The notes beneath the pieces were generated by a model. It ran no database searches, was not told the DNA's origin, and saw nothing but the letters and a program-made list of their open reading frames with translations. Both the position numbers and the translations under genes were made by a program. Source: a virus (lineage: Duplodnaviria > Caudoviricetes). Taken from it: a DNA stretch of 45,509 bases. Position 1 is the stretch's first letter. Each line of letters starts with the position of its first letter. The DNA lies in the IMG/VR virus record IMGVR_UViG_3300025725_000001, positions 1-45,509 of that record; one strand, written 5' to 3'. Of this stretch, positions 23,917-33,358 are shown one piece after another.

Positions 23917-24288
23917 ATGACTGCACCGATAGCAGTTCCGTCCGATCTCGGCGTGTACTTGGGCGATGAGGCGATTGACCTCGTCCGGGCCACGTTGATT
24001 CTTGCGCAGGCGCAACTCCTGTGCGAGACGATCGTGTCGCCCATCCCTGAAACTGCTGCGCCCATCGTCTTGGGTGTGGCGGCTCGGGCGTACAACAACG
24101 TCACGTCCGCTCACTCAGTGGGCATCGGATCCGCGAACATCGCCTACGGTTCGCAGGGGGCCAATGTGGGCATCGGCGGGATGTACCTGTCCCGCTCGGA
24201 CAAGTCCACCCTGCGCAGGCTCGCGGGCAGCGCTGGCGCGTTCAGTATCGACCTGCTGCCCGACCCGTGGCCACCCGTGGTCACATGA
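23917..24288 (+). CDS. Head-to-tail adaptor
   Basis: DL--YLG...VAARAY-N...GMYL---DK--L; GAGGAG RBS. Confidence 0.8.
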   Translation: MTAPIAVPSDLGVYLGDEAIDLVRATLILAQAQLLCETIVSPIPETAAPIVLGVAARAYNNVTSAHSVGIGSANIAYGSQGANVGIGGMYLSRSDKSTLRRLAGSAGAFSIDLLPDPWPPVVT

Positions 24289-24629
24289 GCGCCATCTCGG
24301 TGTTCTTCATCCACACGGCGACCGTGGAGACGTTCACAGGCACTGGTGCCTACGGTGACGCCTACGCCGCCCCCGTGGTCGTCAAGGGCTTCCTCGATGA
24401 CGGCGTTGTCCTGGTCCGCACGGGCACGAGTGAGCAACAGGAGCAGAAGTCGATCTTCTACGCGCCGCTGACGTTCGTCTATCAGGGCGTTCAGTACGTC
24501 TCCTGGGACGTGTTCATGCCCGACTCGCAGGTCACAGTCAACGGCCGCGCCTGTCATGTGTCGGAGAGACGAAGCCGTGACGGTGGCTCGCTCGGGCTGC
24601 CTGACCATATCGAAGTGGATTTGATTTAG
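24285..24629 (+). CDS. Head-to-tail stopper
   Basis: TVE---GTGAYGD-YA-PV...LPDH-EV-L. Confidence 0.8.
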   Translation: MSAISVFFIHTATVETFTGTGAYGDAYAAPVVVKGFLDDGVVLVRTGTSEQQEQKSIFYAPLTFVYQGVQYVSWDVFMPDSQVTVNGRACHVSERRSRDGGSLGLPDHIEVDLI

Positions 24630-24892
24630 GCGTGTTTGGCCCATCGGCGCATCTTGGCATCGTGGACGTTGCGGCCGTGGGCGATCGAACTCCACAAGCC
24701 GAGCGGCCAGAAGAACACCCAGAGGGTGACGCGCCCGAGGAACGTAAGAACGGCCCACGAGACCAAGAGTGCGAAGAGCAGCACGGCCCACGTGACCTTG
24801 GAGATAAATACCAGTGCGACCCACCACCATCCGAAGAGTATCCAGTAGATGAGTCCGTGGGCTGTGCGCGCTGGCGCCGTGTATGTGCTCAT
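24626..24892 (-). CDS. Trp-rich membrane protein, antisense moron in the head-tail operon
   Basis: Fills the gap between stopper and next gene; about 50 hydrophobic residues with WWW; CATATT 6 nt before the ATG. Confidence 0.75.
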   Translation of the reverse strand: MSTYTAPARTAHGLIYWILFGWWWVALVFISKVTWAVLLFALLVSWAVLTFLGRVTLWVFFWPLGLWSSIAHGRNVHDAKMRRWAKHA

Positions 24893-24924
24893 GTCCCCAA
24901 TATGCACCCTGGGAGGTTGATCTG

Positions 24925-25263
24925 ATGGGCATGGACCTCGAAGACATCCTGGCCAAGGTCCACTCCAGCGTCGAGGACGCCCTGGCCGAAGGCGCGCAGA
25001 TCATCCTTGACCGCTCCACCGAGCTGGTGCCCAAAGAATCCGGCGACCTCGCGGCATCCGGCTCGGTCAACAAAGGCGCGGCCGGGACGAACACCGTGGC
25101 CATCAAGTACGACTCGGTGTACGCCCACTACATCCATGAGTCCATGGAATTCGAGCACCCTCACGGCGGCGGCCCGAAATTCTTGGAACTCGCCATGAAT
25201 GAAAAAAGTGAGGCTGCCATCAACAAAGCGGGCGAAGTCATTCGGACGGTGCTGGGAACATGA
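24925..25263 (+). CDS. HK97 gp10-like neck/tail completion protein
   Basis: GA--IL--S--LVP-ESG-L--SG...YD--YA-Y-HE...H-HG---KFLE. Confidence 0.85.
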   Translation: MGMDLEDILAKVHSSVEDALAEGAQIILDRSTELVPKESGDLAASGSVNKGAAGTNTVAIKYDSVYAHYIHESMEFEHPHGGGPKFLELAMNEKSEAAINKAGEVIRTVLGT

Positions 25264-25703
25264 CCGCCGGCTTTGAGACCAACCTGTTGACGGGCATCGC
25301 CCACCTCCTCGCAGACGCCAACCTCGGAACGTGGCGCGACACCGGCATCTACGCCGCAACCGAGACCGGCATCATCCTCGACACTGTTCCCGCCACCCCG
25401 GACCGGGTCATCACCCTGACCGATTACGTCGTTTCCGACGACCCGACCCTGTCTGACTCCATCATCGGCGTGCAGGTCCGCACCCGGTGGGGCGGCGCAG
25501 ACCCGCGCCCCGTCAAAGACCTCGACGGCGGGATCTTCAACGCACTACACGGCCTCGAAGGCGTAACCCTGACCGGTGGCGTCAGGGTCGTGTCCTGTTT
25601 CCGACGCTCTGGCACATCCATGGGTCAGGACATTTCCAACCGGTGGGGCCGATCCTCCAACTTCTATGCCACCGTCCACCGCCCCAGCACGAACCGCACC
25701 TAA
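25260..25703 (+). CDS. Tail terminator
   Basis: P-TPDR-ITLT-Y...VQVRTR...LHGL...GQD---RW--S-NFY. Confidence 0.8.
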   Translation: MTAGFETNLLTGIAHLLADANLGTWRDTGIYAATETGIILDTVPATPDRVITLTDYVVSDDPTLSDSIIGVQVRTRWGGADPRPVKDLDGGIFNALHGLEGVTLTGGVRVVSCFRRSGTSMGQDISNRWGRSSNFYATVHRPSTNRT

Positions 25704-25745
25704 CCCGCTCATCCCCTGCAACACCCGCACTGAAGGAGAAACATC

Positions 25746-26513
25746 ATGACCGCAACAACCAAGGTCCAACTCGGTGCGGCAACCACCGTCCGCAAGTGGT
25801 ACGTGGATGTCAACACCGGCACCCTGGCCGACCCCGTATGGACGGGCGTGTTCGGCGTCAGCAACTTCAAGCCGAGCCTGTCCCCGACGTGGAAGGACAC
25901 CTCGGACTTTGACTCTGGCGGGGACGAGTCGTCCACGTCCACCTCCCGCAAGTGGGAACTCGACTTCAAGGTCGAGCGCAAGACCCAGGCATCCGACCCC
26001 ACCGCCTACGACCCAGGCCAGGAGGCGCTGCGTCTGCGCGCGGAGCACATCGGGCTGCTGAACAGCATCGGGGTCCGGTTCTACGAGATGGAGCCTGGTG
26101 GCCCCCGCATCGAGGCGTTCCAGGGCCAAGCGGGTGTCGAGTGGTCCCCCGATGGTGGGGCCATGGCGGACACGGACGGCGTGTCCGTGAAGCTCATCGG
26201 GCAGGGCAGCCGCACCGCCATCACCCACCCTGACACCGTCGCAAGCGTGCCCGTGATCTACTCGTTCGCCCCGATCACCGGCCCTGCTGCCGGCGGGACC
26301 TTGGTGACCATCCACGGCGTCGGGTTCACCGGCGCCGTCGCGGTCGGAGTCACGGGTGTGAAGTTCGGTGCGAACAACGCGACCAGCTTCGCGTTTGTCG
26401 ACGACGACACGATCGTCGCGATCGCACCCGCTCACGCCGCCGGGGCTGTGGCCGTCATCGTGACGAACGCGACCGGCCCGTCCATCACGGGTGGCACCTT
26501 CACCTACGTCTGA
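25746..26513 (+). CDS. Major tail (tube) protein with C-terminal IPT/TIG Ig-like domain
   Basis: RKWYVDVN...DPGQE-LR...R-YE; C-terminal P--GP-AGGT-VTI-G-GF...V-FG. Confidence 0.9.
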   Translation: MTATTKVQLGAATTVRKWYVDVNTGTLADPVWTGVFGVSNFKPSLSPTWKDTSDFDSGGDESSTSTSRKWELDFKVERKTQASDPTAYDPGQEALRLRAEHIGLLNSIGVRFYEMEPGGPRIEAFQGQAGVEWSPDGGAMADTDGVSVKLIGQGSRTAITHPDTVASVPVIYSFAPITGPAAGGTLVTIHGVGFTGAVAVGVTGVKFGANNATSFAFVDDDTIVAIAPAHAAGAVAVIVTNATGPSITGGTFTYV

Positions 26514-26530
26514 TAGGGCGTCCAGCAGTC

Positions 26531-26608
26531 GTGGCGCGGGCACCGTGGCTGTCGTTGCCCGCGCCACTTAACAGCCAAACAGCCAACAGCCAAAGGAGAC
26601 AGCCATGG
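26531..26608 (+). promoter_or_regulatory. Hairpin plus ACAGCCA repeats in the chaperone leader (candidate pseudoknot)
   Basis: 12-bp stem 26531-26542/26556-26567; loop CCGTGGCTGTC complementary to GACAGCCATGG at 26598-26608. Confidence 0.7.
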
Positions 26609-27111
26609 CAAAACTCGATCTGACCGGGTACCTCGAAGACGACTCCGTCGAGGTACCCGGCATCCCCTCCAAAGCCCACCCGGATGGCAAGACGTACCGG
26701 TTCGCCTCCCCTGACGCCAAGACCGGCCTGTTCTTGGCGTCCCTGGCCAACCTTGCCGTCAAGGCCCGCTTGGGTGCCGACATTGGTGAGCAGGCTGCCG
26801 CCCTGGAGCTGGACGACAACCAGGAACGCGACCTGATGCGGGACGTCATGGGCGCCACCCTGGACGAACTCACCGCTGACGGGGCGTCGTGGGTGCGTAT
26901 CCAGAAGCTGAACCGGTACCTGTTCATCCATTTCGCGATGGGTGAGGACGCAGCTGTGGGGTTGCAACGGTCGGGGGAAGCCCCGGCCCCGGCGAACAGG
27001 GCGGCACGCCGGGCAGTCAAGAAGCCGACCCCGGTGAAGTCCGCAACGCCGCGGGTCTCCCGCGCTGGATCGACGACCCGCAAGAAGGCGGCGGCCAAGG
27101 CCAAGGCCTGA
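26605..27111 (+). CDS. Tail assembly chaperone (G-like)
   Basis: Between MTP and TMP; AAGGAG RBS. Confidence 0.88.
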   Translation: MAKLDLTGYLEDDSVEVPGIPSKAHPDGKTYRFASPDAKTGLFLASLANLAVKARLGADIGEQAAALELDDNQERDLMRDVMGATLDELTADGASWVRIQKLNRYLFIHFAMGEDAAVGLQRSGEAPAPANRAARRAVKKPTPVKSATPRVSRAGSTTRKKAAAKAKA

Positions 27112-27335
27112 CCTGGGGCGACATCCTGGGCCAGTGGGCGCTGATCGAGTGCGACCTGGCCGACCGCGGCATCGACGTCGGTGACCCGGCGCTGATGTCG
27201 TCCCGCTCGTGGCGGTGGTTGCGGGTCCGCATCCTGGGCTTGCTCGACGCAGCCCCGCAGTATGTGCCGCTCCCTGATGGGTCGGTGCGGATCATGCCCG
27301 GGTCCCGTCTCGGCCGGCACTTCCAAGAGGACTGA
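26605..27335 (+). CDS. Tail assembly chaperone -1 frameshift product (GT-like)
   Basis: G GGG GAA slippery site at 26973-26979; -1 frame open to TGA 27333-27335 encoding LTWGDILGQWALIECDL...RSWRWLRVRILGLL. Confidence 0.8.
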
Positions 27336-27349
27336 GAAGGGGTGCAGCG

Positions 27350-30300
27350 ATGAGCCTAAACGTCGGCGATCTCGTCGGGTATCTGCGCCTCGACATAAGC
27401 AATTTTGAGACGAACATCACCAAGGCTCAGGGGCTGGCCGACAAACTTGACGGCAAGAACGTCAACGTCCAGGTCAAGGTCGACACGGCTGGCGCTGAAA
27501 CGAAACTCGCCGCGGTTGCTGCGTCTGAGGACAAGGTTGGCGGCTCGTCCAAGGGCGCGTCAGGTGCTCTGACCTCGGTCGAGTCAGCGGCCCGGAAGTT
27601 GGCGGACGCCTCTAGCGTTGCGAACATCGCGCAACTGCGTTTGAGCGAGGTGCAGGGTTCGGGCACAGCCAAGGCGTCGTCATTGGCCAGCGCCCATCAG
27701 TCGCTGACGAAGGCCCAGCGCGACTTGAGCGATGTGATGAAATCCTCTACGCCAGAGGTCATCCGCGCTGCGGAGGCGATGAAACCTCTTGACGACGCGG
27801 ACAAGAAGGTCGCCTCGTCCAGCAAGGACGCGGGCAACGGCATGGGCCTGCTGTCCATGGCCATTGTCGGGCTTGGTCCTGCGATCGTCCCCCTGGCTGC
27901 CGGTGCCGCCGGCCTCGCTGTGGGCTTCGGCGCAATGGGCGCGGCTGGCGTGCTGGCCATCGTCGGTATCTCGCAGCAGATGAAGGCCGGGACGCCGCTG
28001 GGTGCTGCGTATAGCGCAACGATGGGAACCCTCAAGGGCGACCTGACTACTCTCGGGGCCACTGCTGCCGCTGGCGTCCTGGCGCCGTTCCAGAAGGAGG
28101 TCGCCACCCTTCAGGGCCAGATGCCCGCGCTCAACAGCATCATCGGTGAGTTCTCTGTCATCACGGGCAAGACCGCTGGCAACCTGATGAACGGGCTCGT
28201 CGCGGCGTTCATCGCCCTTGAGCCCCTGGCCCGCGACGTCGGCGTGTACGTCCTGGATCTGTCGAGCAAGTTCTCCACCCTGATGTCAGGCTCTGGCGTC
28301 ACCACGTTCGGTGACTACATCCGCTCGGTGTTCCCTCAGGTGATGCAGGCTGTCGAGTCCGTCGTCGGCGCCGCTATCCGCCTGGTCGCTGCTCTGGCCC
28401 CGCTCGGCCTCGGCACGCTGTCGATGCTCAAGGTATTCGCGGATGTCATCAACGCCCTGCCTGTGGACGTTCTGTCCAACCTGGCAACCGTCGCAGTCTC
28501 GGTCTTCATCGGGTTCAAGTCCTACGGGCTGCTCTCCGCCGGCGTCACCGCACTGGGCACCGCACTGGAGTTCGTGGGCGTCTCGGCTGAGACCGCCGCC
28601 ACAGGGCTGGCCGTGCTGAACATCGCCGCCGGGGTCATCGCGGCAGTGCTCGCTGTCATGGTGTTCGCATTCACCGCGAACGCCAATGCGACCAGAGAGA
28701 ACCAGCAAGCGGTCAACGACTACACGGACGCCCTGATCCGCAGCAATGGTGCGATTGACGCGAACGTGCGCGAACTAGCGTTCAAGAAACTCTCGGACTC
28801 TGGCGCTATCGATGACGCTAGGGCTCTCGGCCTGAACCTGTCTCTGGTCACTGACGCCATGCTGGGCAACGTCCCCGCGTCGCGGGCGGTCGGTGCACAG
28901 ATGGCTGCGATGACTACGGGTTCGCATGATAGCGGTGCAGCCTTCCTCACCCAGCAGACTCACATCAACAACCTGGCATCCGCACTCGGCACGAGCACCG
29001 CACAGTTCGGGACCGCCACGCAGGCGCAAAAGGACCACGCCGCAGCGATGGCGACGAGCACCGCCGCAGTCACCCCCGCCACAGCCGCACAGGATGCTCT
29101 CGCGGCCAGGGTTGGGACGACATCCGCAGCGCTGGCGCTCGCCGCGACGGCGCAGCAGAAGACCGCTGACAAGACCGCCCTTGCCACCGCGCAGATGTAC
29201 CTGGAGAACGACGCCGCAGGGCTGCTCAAGCAGGCACTGGACATCCTCAACAACAAGGCGCTGTCGCTGGCGGAGGCGCAGACTGCTGATGCTGTCGCCA
29301 CGAACGCCGCCGCCGCCGCGCTCAAGGCCAACGGGACTGCGATCCAGGGCAACAGCGACGCCGCGCTCAAGAATCAGCAGGCGCTGCAGCAGAAGGCGGA
29401 GGCGAGCCAGCGTGAGGCTGAGGCTGTCGGCAAGGCCACGGGCAGCACCGTCGAGGCGACTAAGGCATACGGGGCTTCCAAGACCGCCCTGGAGGGCACG
29501 CTGCGGGCGCAGGGATTGCTAACCCCGGCTGTGCAGGCGTATATCGACAAGCTCTACGACGTCAAGAACCTGAAACTGGAGCCGACCCCGCTGGATGTGA
29601 ACACGGCCGCTGCGGACAAGAACATAGCAGCGATGCAGGACCGCATCACCGCGATCAAGCAAGGTAAGGCTCCCGGGCTGGACGCTGACTCTGCTGCAGG
29701 AAAAGCGACGATCGCCGCTCTGCAGAAGGGCATCGACAACATCAAGCAGGGCAAGCCTCCGGGTGTGACTGCCGACATCACGCCTGGGCAAGCGCAGATC
29801 CTGGCGTACCAGAAGGCCATCGACGCGATCAAGCAGAAGTTGGCCACCGGACTGGACGCCAACCCGAAGGCCGCAGAGCTCCAGATCGTTGACATGCAGA
29901 ACAAGATCGACGCCATCAAGCAGAAGCTGGCCACCGGACTGAACGCCAATAATGCACCTGGCCTGGGCGCGGTCAACTCATTGCAGGCGGCGATCACCGG
30001 GATGCACCAGGGTTCGCTTCCTGGGTTGGACGCCAATGCTGCACCTGGAAAGGGCGCGGTCAACTCGCTGCAGGCGGCGATCACTGGACTCACTGGCAAG
30101 ACCGTCGATGTCGTGATCCAGTACACCGCCAACGGCGTGAACCTCACCACGCCTTCCAGTGTCGGTCGCTCGGCTACTGGTGGCCCGATCAGCGGGGCGG
30201 GCACTGGGACCTCTGACTCGATCCTGCAGTTGGTGTCCAACGGCGAGCATGTCCTGACCGCTGCCGACGTGGTGGCCGCGGGTGGGCACGGTGCGATCAT

Positions 30301-31051
30301 GGACTGGCGCAAGTCGCTGCACGGGTATGCCCAAGGTGGGCCGATCATCCTCACCATGCCGAGCGCGTCCGACATAAACGCGGCCTACAGCACGGGTGCC
30401 AACAATGGCGCCACGTACTTCCCGCCACCACTACCGCCGGTCGGCGGTGGCAGCGGTGGTGGCAGTGGCGCCGCTCAGTGGTCCTCGATGGTGTCGCAAA
30501 TCCTGGCGATGCTGGGGCAACCTGCGAGCAGCCTCGCTGGCAACCTCCGCCGCATCAATCTGGAATCGGGCGGCAACCCGAACGCCATCAACCTGACCGA
30601 CTCCAACGCGACCGTCCTACACACCCCATCTCAGGGATTAATGCAAACGATCCCCTCGACGTTCGCCGCTTATGCGGGACCGTATGTCGGCCGTGGCATC
30701 ACTGACCCGTTCGCCAACATCTACGCCGGCGACGCCTACGCCATCGCCCGTTACGGCTCTGTTGCGGCGATCGACCCGCTGGTCCACCCTGGCGGCTACG
30801 CCAACGGCACCAACAACGCAGCCCCCGGGTATGCATGGGTCGGTGAGCGCGGCAAGGAACTCGTGCACTTCGGTGGCCACGAGCAGGTCACCCCGAACAA
30901 CATGCTGGGCGGCGCTGACATGTCCGGTGTGCGTGCCGACCTGGCCGAGCAGACCCAGATCCTGCGATCCCTCGTCCCTGGATTCAGTGCCGCCCTCGAC
31001 ACGCAGACCACCAGGCAGCAGACGATGCAGCGGCAGATGGCGAGGGCCTGA
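27350..31051 (+). CDS. Tape measure protein with C-terminal lytic transglycosylase (SLT) domain
   Basis: 1233 aa, Ala-rich; hydrophobic segments; about six 29-aa repeats (~29570-30100); ESGGNPNAIN...SQGLMQ-IP-TF...NIYA...RYG. Confidence 0.95.
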   Translation: MSLNVGDLVGYLRLDISNFETNITKAQGLADKLDGKNVNVQVKVDTAGAETKLAAVAASEDKVGGSSKGASGALTSVESAARKLADASSVANIAQLRLSEVQGSGTAKASSLASAHQSLTKAQRDLSDVMKSSTPEVIRAAEAMKPLDDADKKVASSSKDAGNGMGLLSMAIVGLGPAIVPLAAGAAGLAVGFGAMGAAGVLAIVGISQQMKAGTPLGAAYSATMGTLKGDLTTLGATAAAGVLAPFQKEVATLQGQMPALNSIIGEFSVITGKTAGNLMNGLVAAFIALEPLARDVGVYVLDLSSKFSTLMSGSGVTTFGDYIRSVFPQVMQAVESVVGAAIRLVAALAPLGLGTLSMLKVFADVINALPVDVLSNLATVAVSVFIGFKSYGLLSAGVTALGTALEFVGVSAETAATGLAVLNIAAGVIAAVLAVMVFAFTANANATRENQQAVNDYTDALIRSNGAIDANVRELAFKKLSDSGAIDDARALGLNLSLVTDAMLGNVPASRAVGAQMAAMTTGSHDSGAAFLTQQTHINNLASALGTSTAQFGTATQAQKDHAAAMATSTAAVTPATAAQDALAARVGTTSAALALAATAQQKTADKTALATAQMYLENDAAGLLKQALDILNNKALSLAEAQTADAVATNAAAAALKANGTAIQGNSDAALKNQQALQQKAEASQREAEAVGKATGSTVEATKAYGASKTALEGTLRAQGLLTPAVQAYIDKLYDVKNLKLEPTPLDVNTAAADKNIAAMQDRITAIKQGKAPGLDADSAAGKATIAALQKGIDNIKQGKPPGVTADITPGQAQILAYQKAIDAIKQKLATGLDANPKAAELQIVDMQNKIDAIKQKLATGLNANNAPGLGAVNSLQAAITGMHQGSLPGLDANAAPGKGAVNSLQAAITGLTGKTVDVVIQYTANGVNLTTPSSVGRSATGGPISGAGTGTSDSILQLVSNGEHVLTAADVVAAGGHGAIMDWRKSLHGYAQGGPIILTMPSASDINAAYSTGANNGATYFPPPLPPVGGGSGGGSGAAQWSSMVSQILAMLGQPASSLAGNLRRINLESGGNPNAINLTDSNATVLHTPSQGLMQTIPSTFAAYAGPYVGRGITDPFANIYAGDAYAIARYGSVAAIDPLVHPGGYANGTNNAAPGYAWVGERGKELVHFGGHEQVTPNNMLGGADMSGVRADLAEQTQILRSLVPGFSAALDTQTTRQQTMQRQMARA

Positions 31052-31443
31052 TGACCACTGTTTTCGTTGCGTTCGCAGGGACATGGCTCACAGACCCGAC
31101 CGACCCGACTGTGAGCCTGCAGTTATACAAGACTGACAGGACCGAGCAGGACGGCCTTGACGCAACCGTGCGGACCTATGCAGGCGGACGTCGCCGGATC
31201 ATCTCCACCCCCGCAGACGCCCGGTCATCAGCGCTGACCTTCCAGCGCGCGTCAGGTGCCGACGTCGAGGTGCTGCGAGCATGGCGCGGCCGGCTCCTAC
31301 TGATGCGCGACGGTTTTGGCTGGCGTCGTTGGGGAATGTTTGCCAGCATCGCCCCGACGTCGATCAACCAGGGCGTGGGACAGGAACTGCTTTACAGCGT
31401 GGCGTTGACATGGTTGGACTCTGACCACAGCGAGGCCGTCTAG
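31051..31443 (+). CDS. Distal tail (Dit-like) protein
   Basis: Directly after TMP; VRTYAGGRRR...L-AWRG---L-RD. Confidence 0.7.
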   Translation: MTTVFVAFAGTWLTDPTDPTVSLQLYKTDRTEQDGLDATVRTYAGGRRRIISTPADARSSALTFQRASGADVEVLRAWRGRLLLMRDGFGWRRWGMFASIAPTSINQGVGQELLYSVALTWLDSDHSEAV

Positions 31444-32606
31444 TGCAGCCCCTGACCGCGGCCCCGCGCGATGGCTTCACGGCCGCCCAGGTCACCGCCC
31501 TGCTCGTGGCGCCCGATCTGTCGGTGGACTACGGCGCGGACCTGCTGGACGCGGGCCTCAACTTCGTGGACGACCTGAAGCCCGACATCTCTGGCGGCAA
31601 CGTCAAGCGTGACAACTACGCACCCGTTCACGGCACCCTCGAAAACCTGACGATCAGCCGCTTGCTGGCGTGGGGCAAAGACCGGGTGCGTCCGTACATG
31701 CTCATGTCCAGCCCGACTGCCGGCGTGAGCGGATGTCGTTTCAACCAGGGCGTCTACCTGCTGATGACCCCCGACACCCAACTTGAGGAGACACCCCAGA
31801 GTTGGAAGGTCCAGGGTTACGACCAGTTGCACGTCTTACAGGACTCAGTCGGAGATTCCTACAGCGTGCTCGCAGGTGCGAACGTCTTGGCCGCTGTCCG
31901 CACGGCACTGACCGCTGCGGGGATCACCGGTCCGGTGCTGCTGGACACGGCAGCGGCGGCCAAGGTGTTGGCCACCGTGATGACGTGGCCCCTGACGTCG
32001 TCCGAGTCCCCCACGTGGCTGAAGGTCATCAACGACCTGCTGGCCAGCATCTCCTACAGAGGCATTTGGTGTGACCCTGATGGCGCCTTCTGCTCAGGAC
32101 CCTACGTTGTTCCGGCCGATCGCCCGAGCGAATGGACGTTCAAGGTCGGCGACCTGGTCACGGGCATCGTCGCCCCACAGAGGACCGTCACGAACGACCT
32201 TTGGGGCGTGCCGAACTGGTGGCGCTTCATCGCCAACGGGCTCACCGTGCCGCCCGTAGAACTCGTCCCGGGCGTGTCCACCAACAACGGCATGTATACC
32301 AGGTCGAACGCCTCCACTGGACTGTCCTCACAGGCCTCGGTGGGCCGCACAGTCCATGCCGCGCCCGTATTCCTCGACGCCGTGGACGACGCCAGCCTGA
32401 AAGCGCAGGGTGACGCAATGGTCGCGACCGCGACACGGGTCAGCGAGGTCATCACCGCGAAACTCTCACCCTTCCCGATCGCCTGGCATTTCGATGTCGG
32501 CACCTGGTCGGACGCGGCGCTCGGTGCGGATCGCAAAGTGCAGTGTCGCTCCTGGGATCTGCCTCTGGACGGCTCGGACATGACCTACATTTTGGAGACT
32601 GTCTGA
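31443..32606 (+). CDS. Baseplate hub / minor tail protein
   Basis: Position; D-VRPY...GVY----P...YD----L...IN-LL--I-Y---W-D--G. Confidence 0.78.
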   Translation: MQPLTAAPRDGFTAAQVTALLVAPDLSVDYGADLLDAGLNFVDDLKPDISGGNVKRDNYAPVHGTLENLTISRLLAWGKDRVRPYMLMSSPTAGVSGCRFNQGVYLLMTPDTQLEETPQSWKVQGYDQLHVLQDSVGDSYSVLAGANVLAAVRTALTAAGITGPVLLDTAAAAKVLATVMTWPLTSSESPTWLKVINDLLASISYRGIWCDPDGAFCSGPYVVPADRPSEWTFKVGDLVTGIVAPQRTVTNDLWGVPNWWRFIANGLTVPPVELVPGVSTNNGMYTRSNASTGLSSQASVGRTVHAAPVFLDAVDDASLKAQGDAMVATATRVSEVITAKLSPFPIAWHFDVGTWSDAALGADRKVQCRSWDLPLDGSDMTYILETV

Positions 32607-33358
32607 TGGCTGAGCCCGGATCGGTCCACGCCCTGGCACCCCTGACGGTGCAGCTCGACTCATCCACGACGCCCCAGCCCGCGATCAATATGTCGAGCGT
32701 CACCCTGGTGGTCGCTGACCGTGTCGACGTCGAACCTGTCGGCAGTCCCACCAAGCAACTGCACGTCCTCGGCGTCGATCGCTCCAGTGTCCCGTCTGGC
32801 GTGATCTGGGCGTTCGGCGGTGCCACCGCGCCCGTTGGTTGGCTGATCTGTGACGGCTCGGCGATAAGCCGATCGACCTATGCGGCACTGTTCGCCGCCA
32901 TCGGCACCGCTCACGGCGTGGGCGATGGCAGCACCACGTTCAACATCCCCCCTCCGGGCAGGGTTCCGGTCGGCAAGGACGCGAGCCAGACCGAGTTTGC
33001 CACGCTCGGCCAGACCGGCGGCGCGAAAACCCACTTGCTGACCACGGCCGAGATCCCGAGCCACAACCACACGCAGGACGCGCATGGGCACACGCAGGAT
33101 GCGCATGGGCACACCGACACCGGTCACAACCACGGCAGCGGAACCATCCACAGCGGCAGCAGCGGATATGCCCACGTCCCTGATCCTGGATCGTGGTCCT
33201 TCGGCAGTCTGGGAGCACTGTCCACAGGCGCTGCTGCCATCTCGTCCACCACCGCGACGAACCAGGCCACCACCGCGACGAACCAAGCCGCTGGTGGCGG
33301 CACCGCGCACCCGATCTTGACTCCGTACTTCGTCGTCAACTTCATCGTGAAGACATGA
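32606..33358 (+). CDS. Tail collar domain fibre protein
   Basis: PSGVIWAFGGATAPVGWLICDGSAISRSTYAALFAAIGT-HG-GDGSTTFN-P; HxH repeats; PYFVVNFIVKT. Confidence 0.9.
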   Translation: MAEPGSVHALAPLTVQLDSSTTPQPAINMSSVTLVVADRVDVEPVGSPTKQLHVLGVDRSSVPSGVIWAFGGATAPVGWLICDGSAISRSTYAALFAAIGTAHGVGDGSTTFNIPPPGRVPVGKDASQTEFATLGQTGGAKTHLLTTAEIPSHNHTQDAHGHTQDAHGHTDTGHNHGSGTIHSGSSGYAHVPDPGSWSFGSLGALSTGAAAISSTTATNQATTATNQAAGGGTAHPILTPYFVVNFIVKT

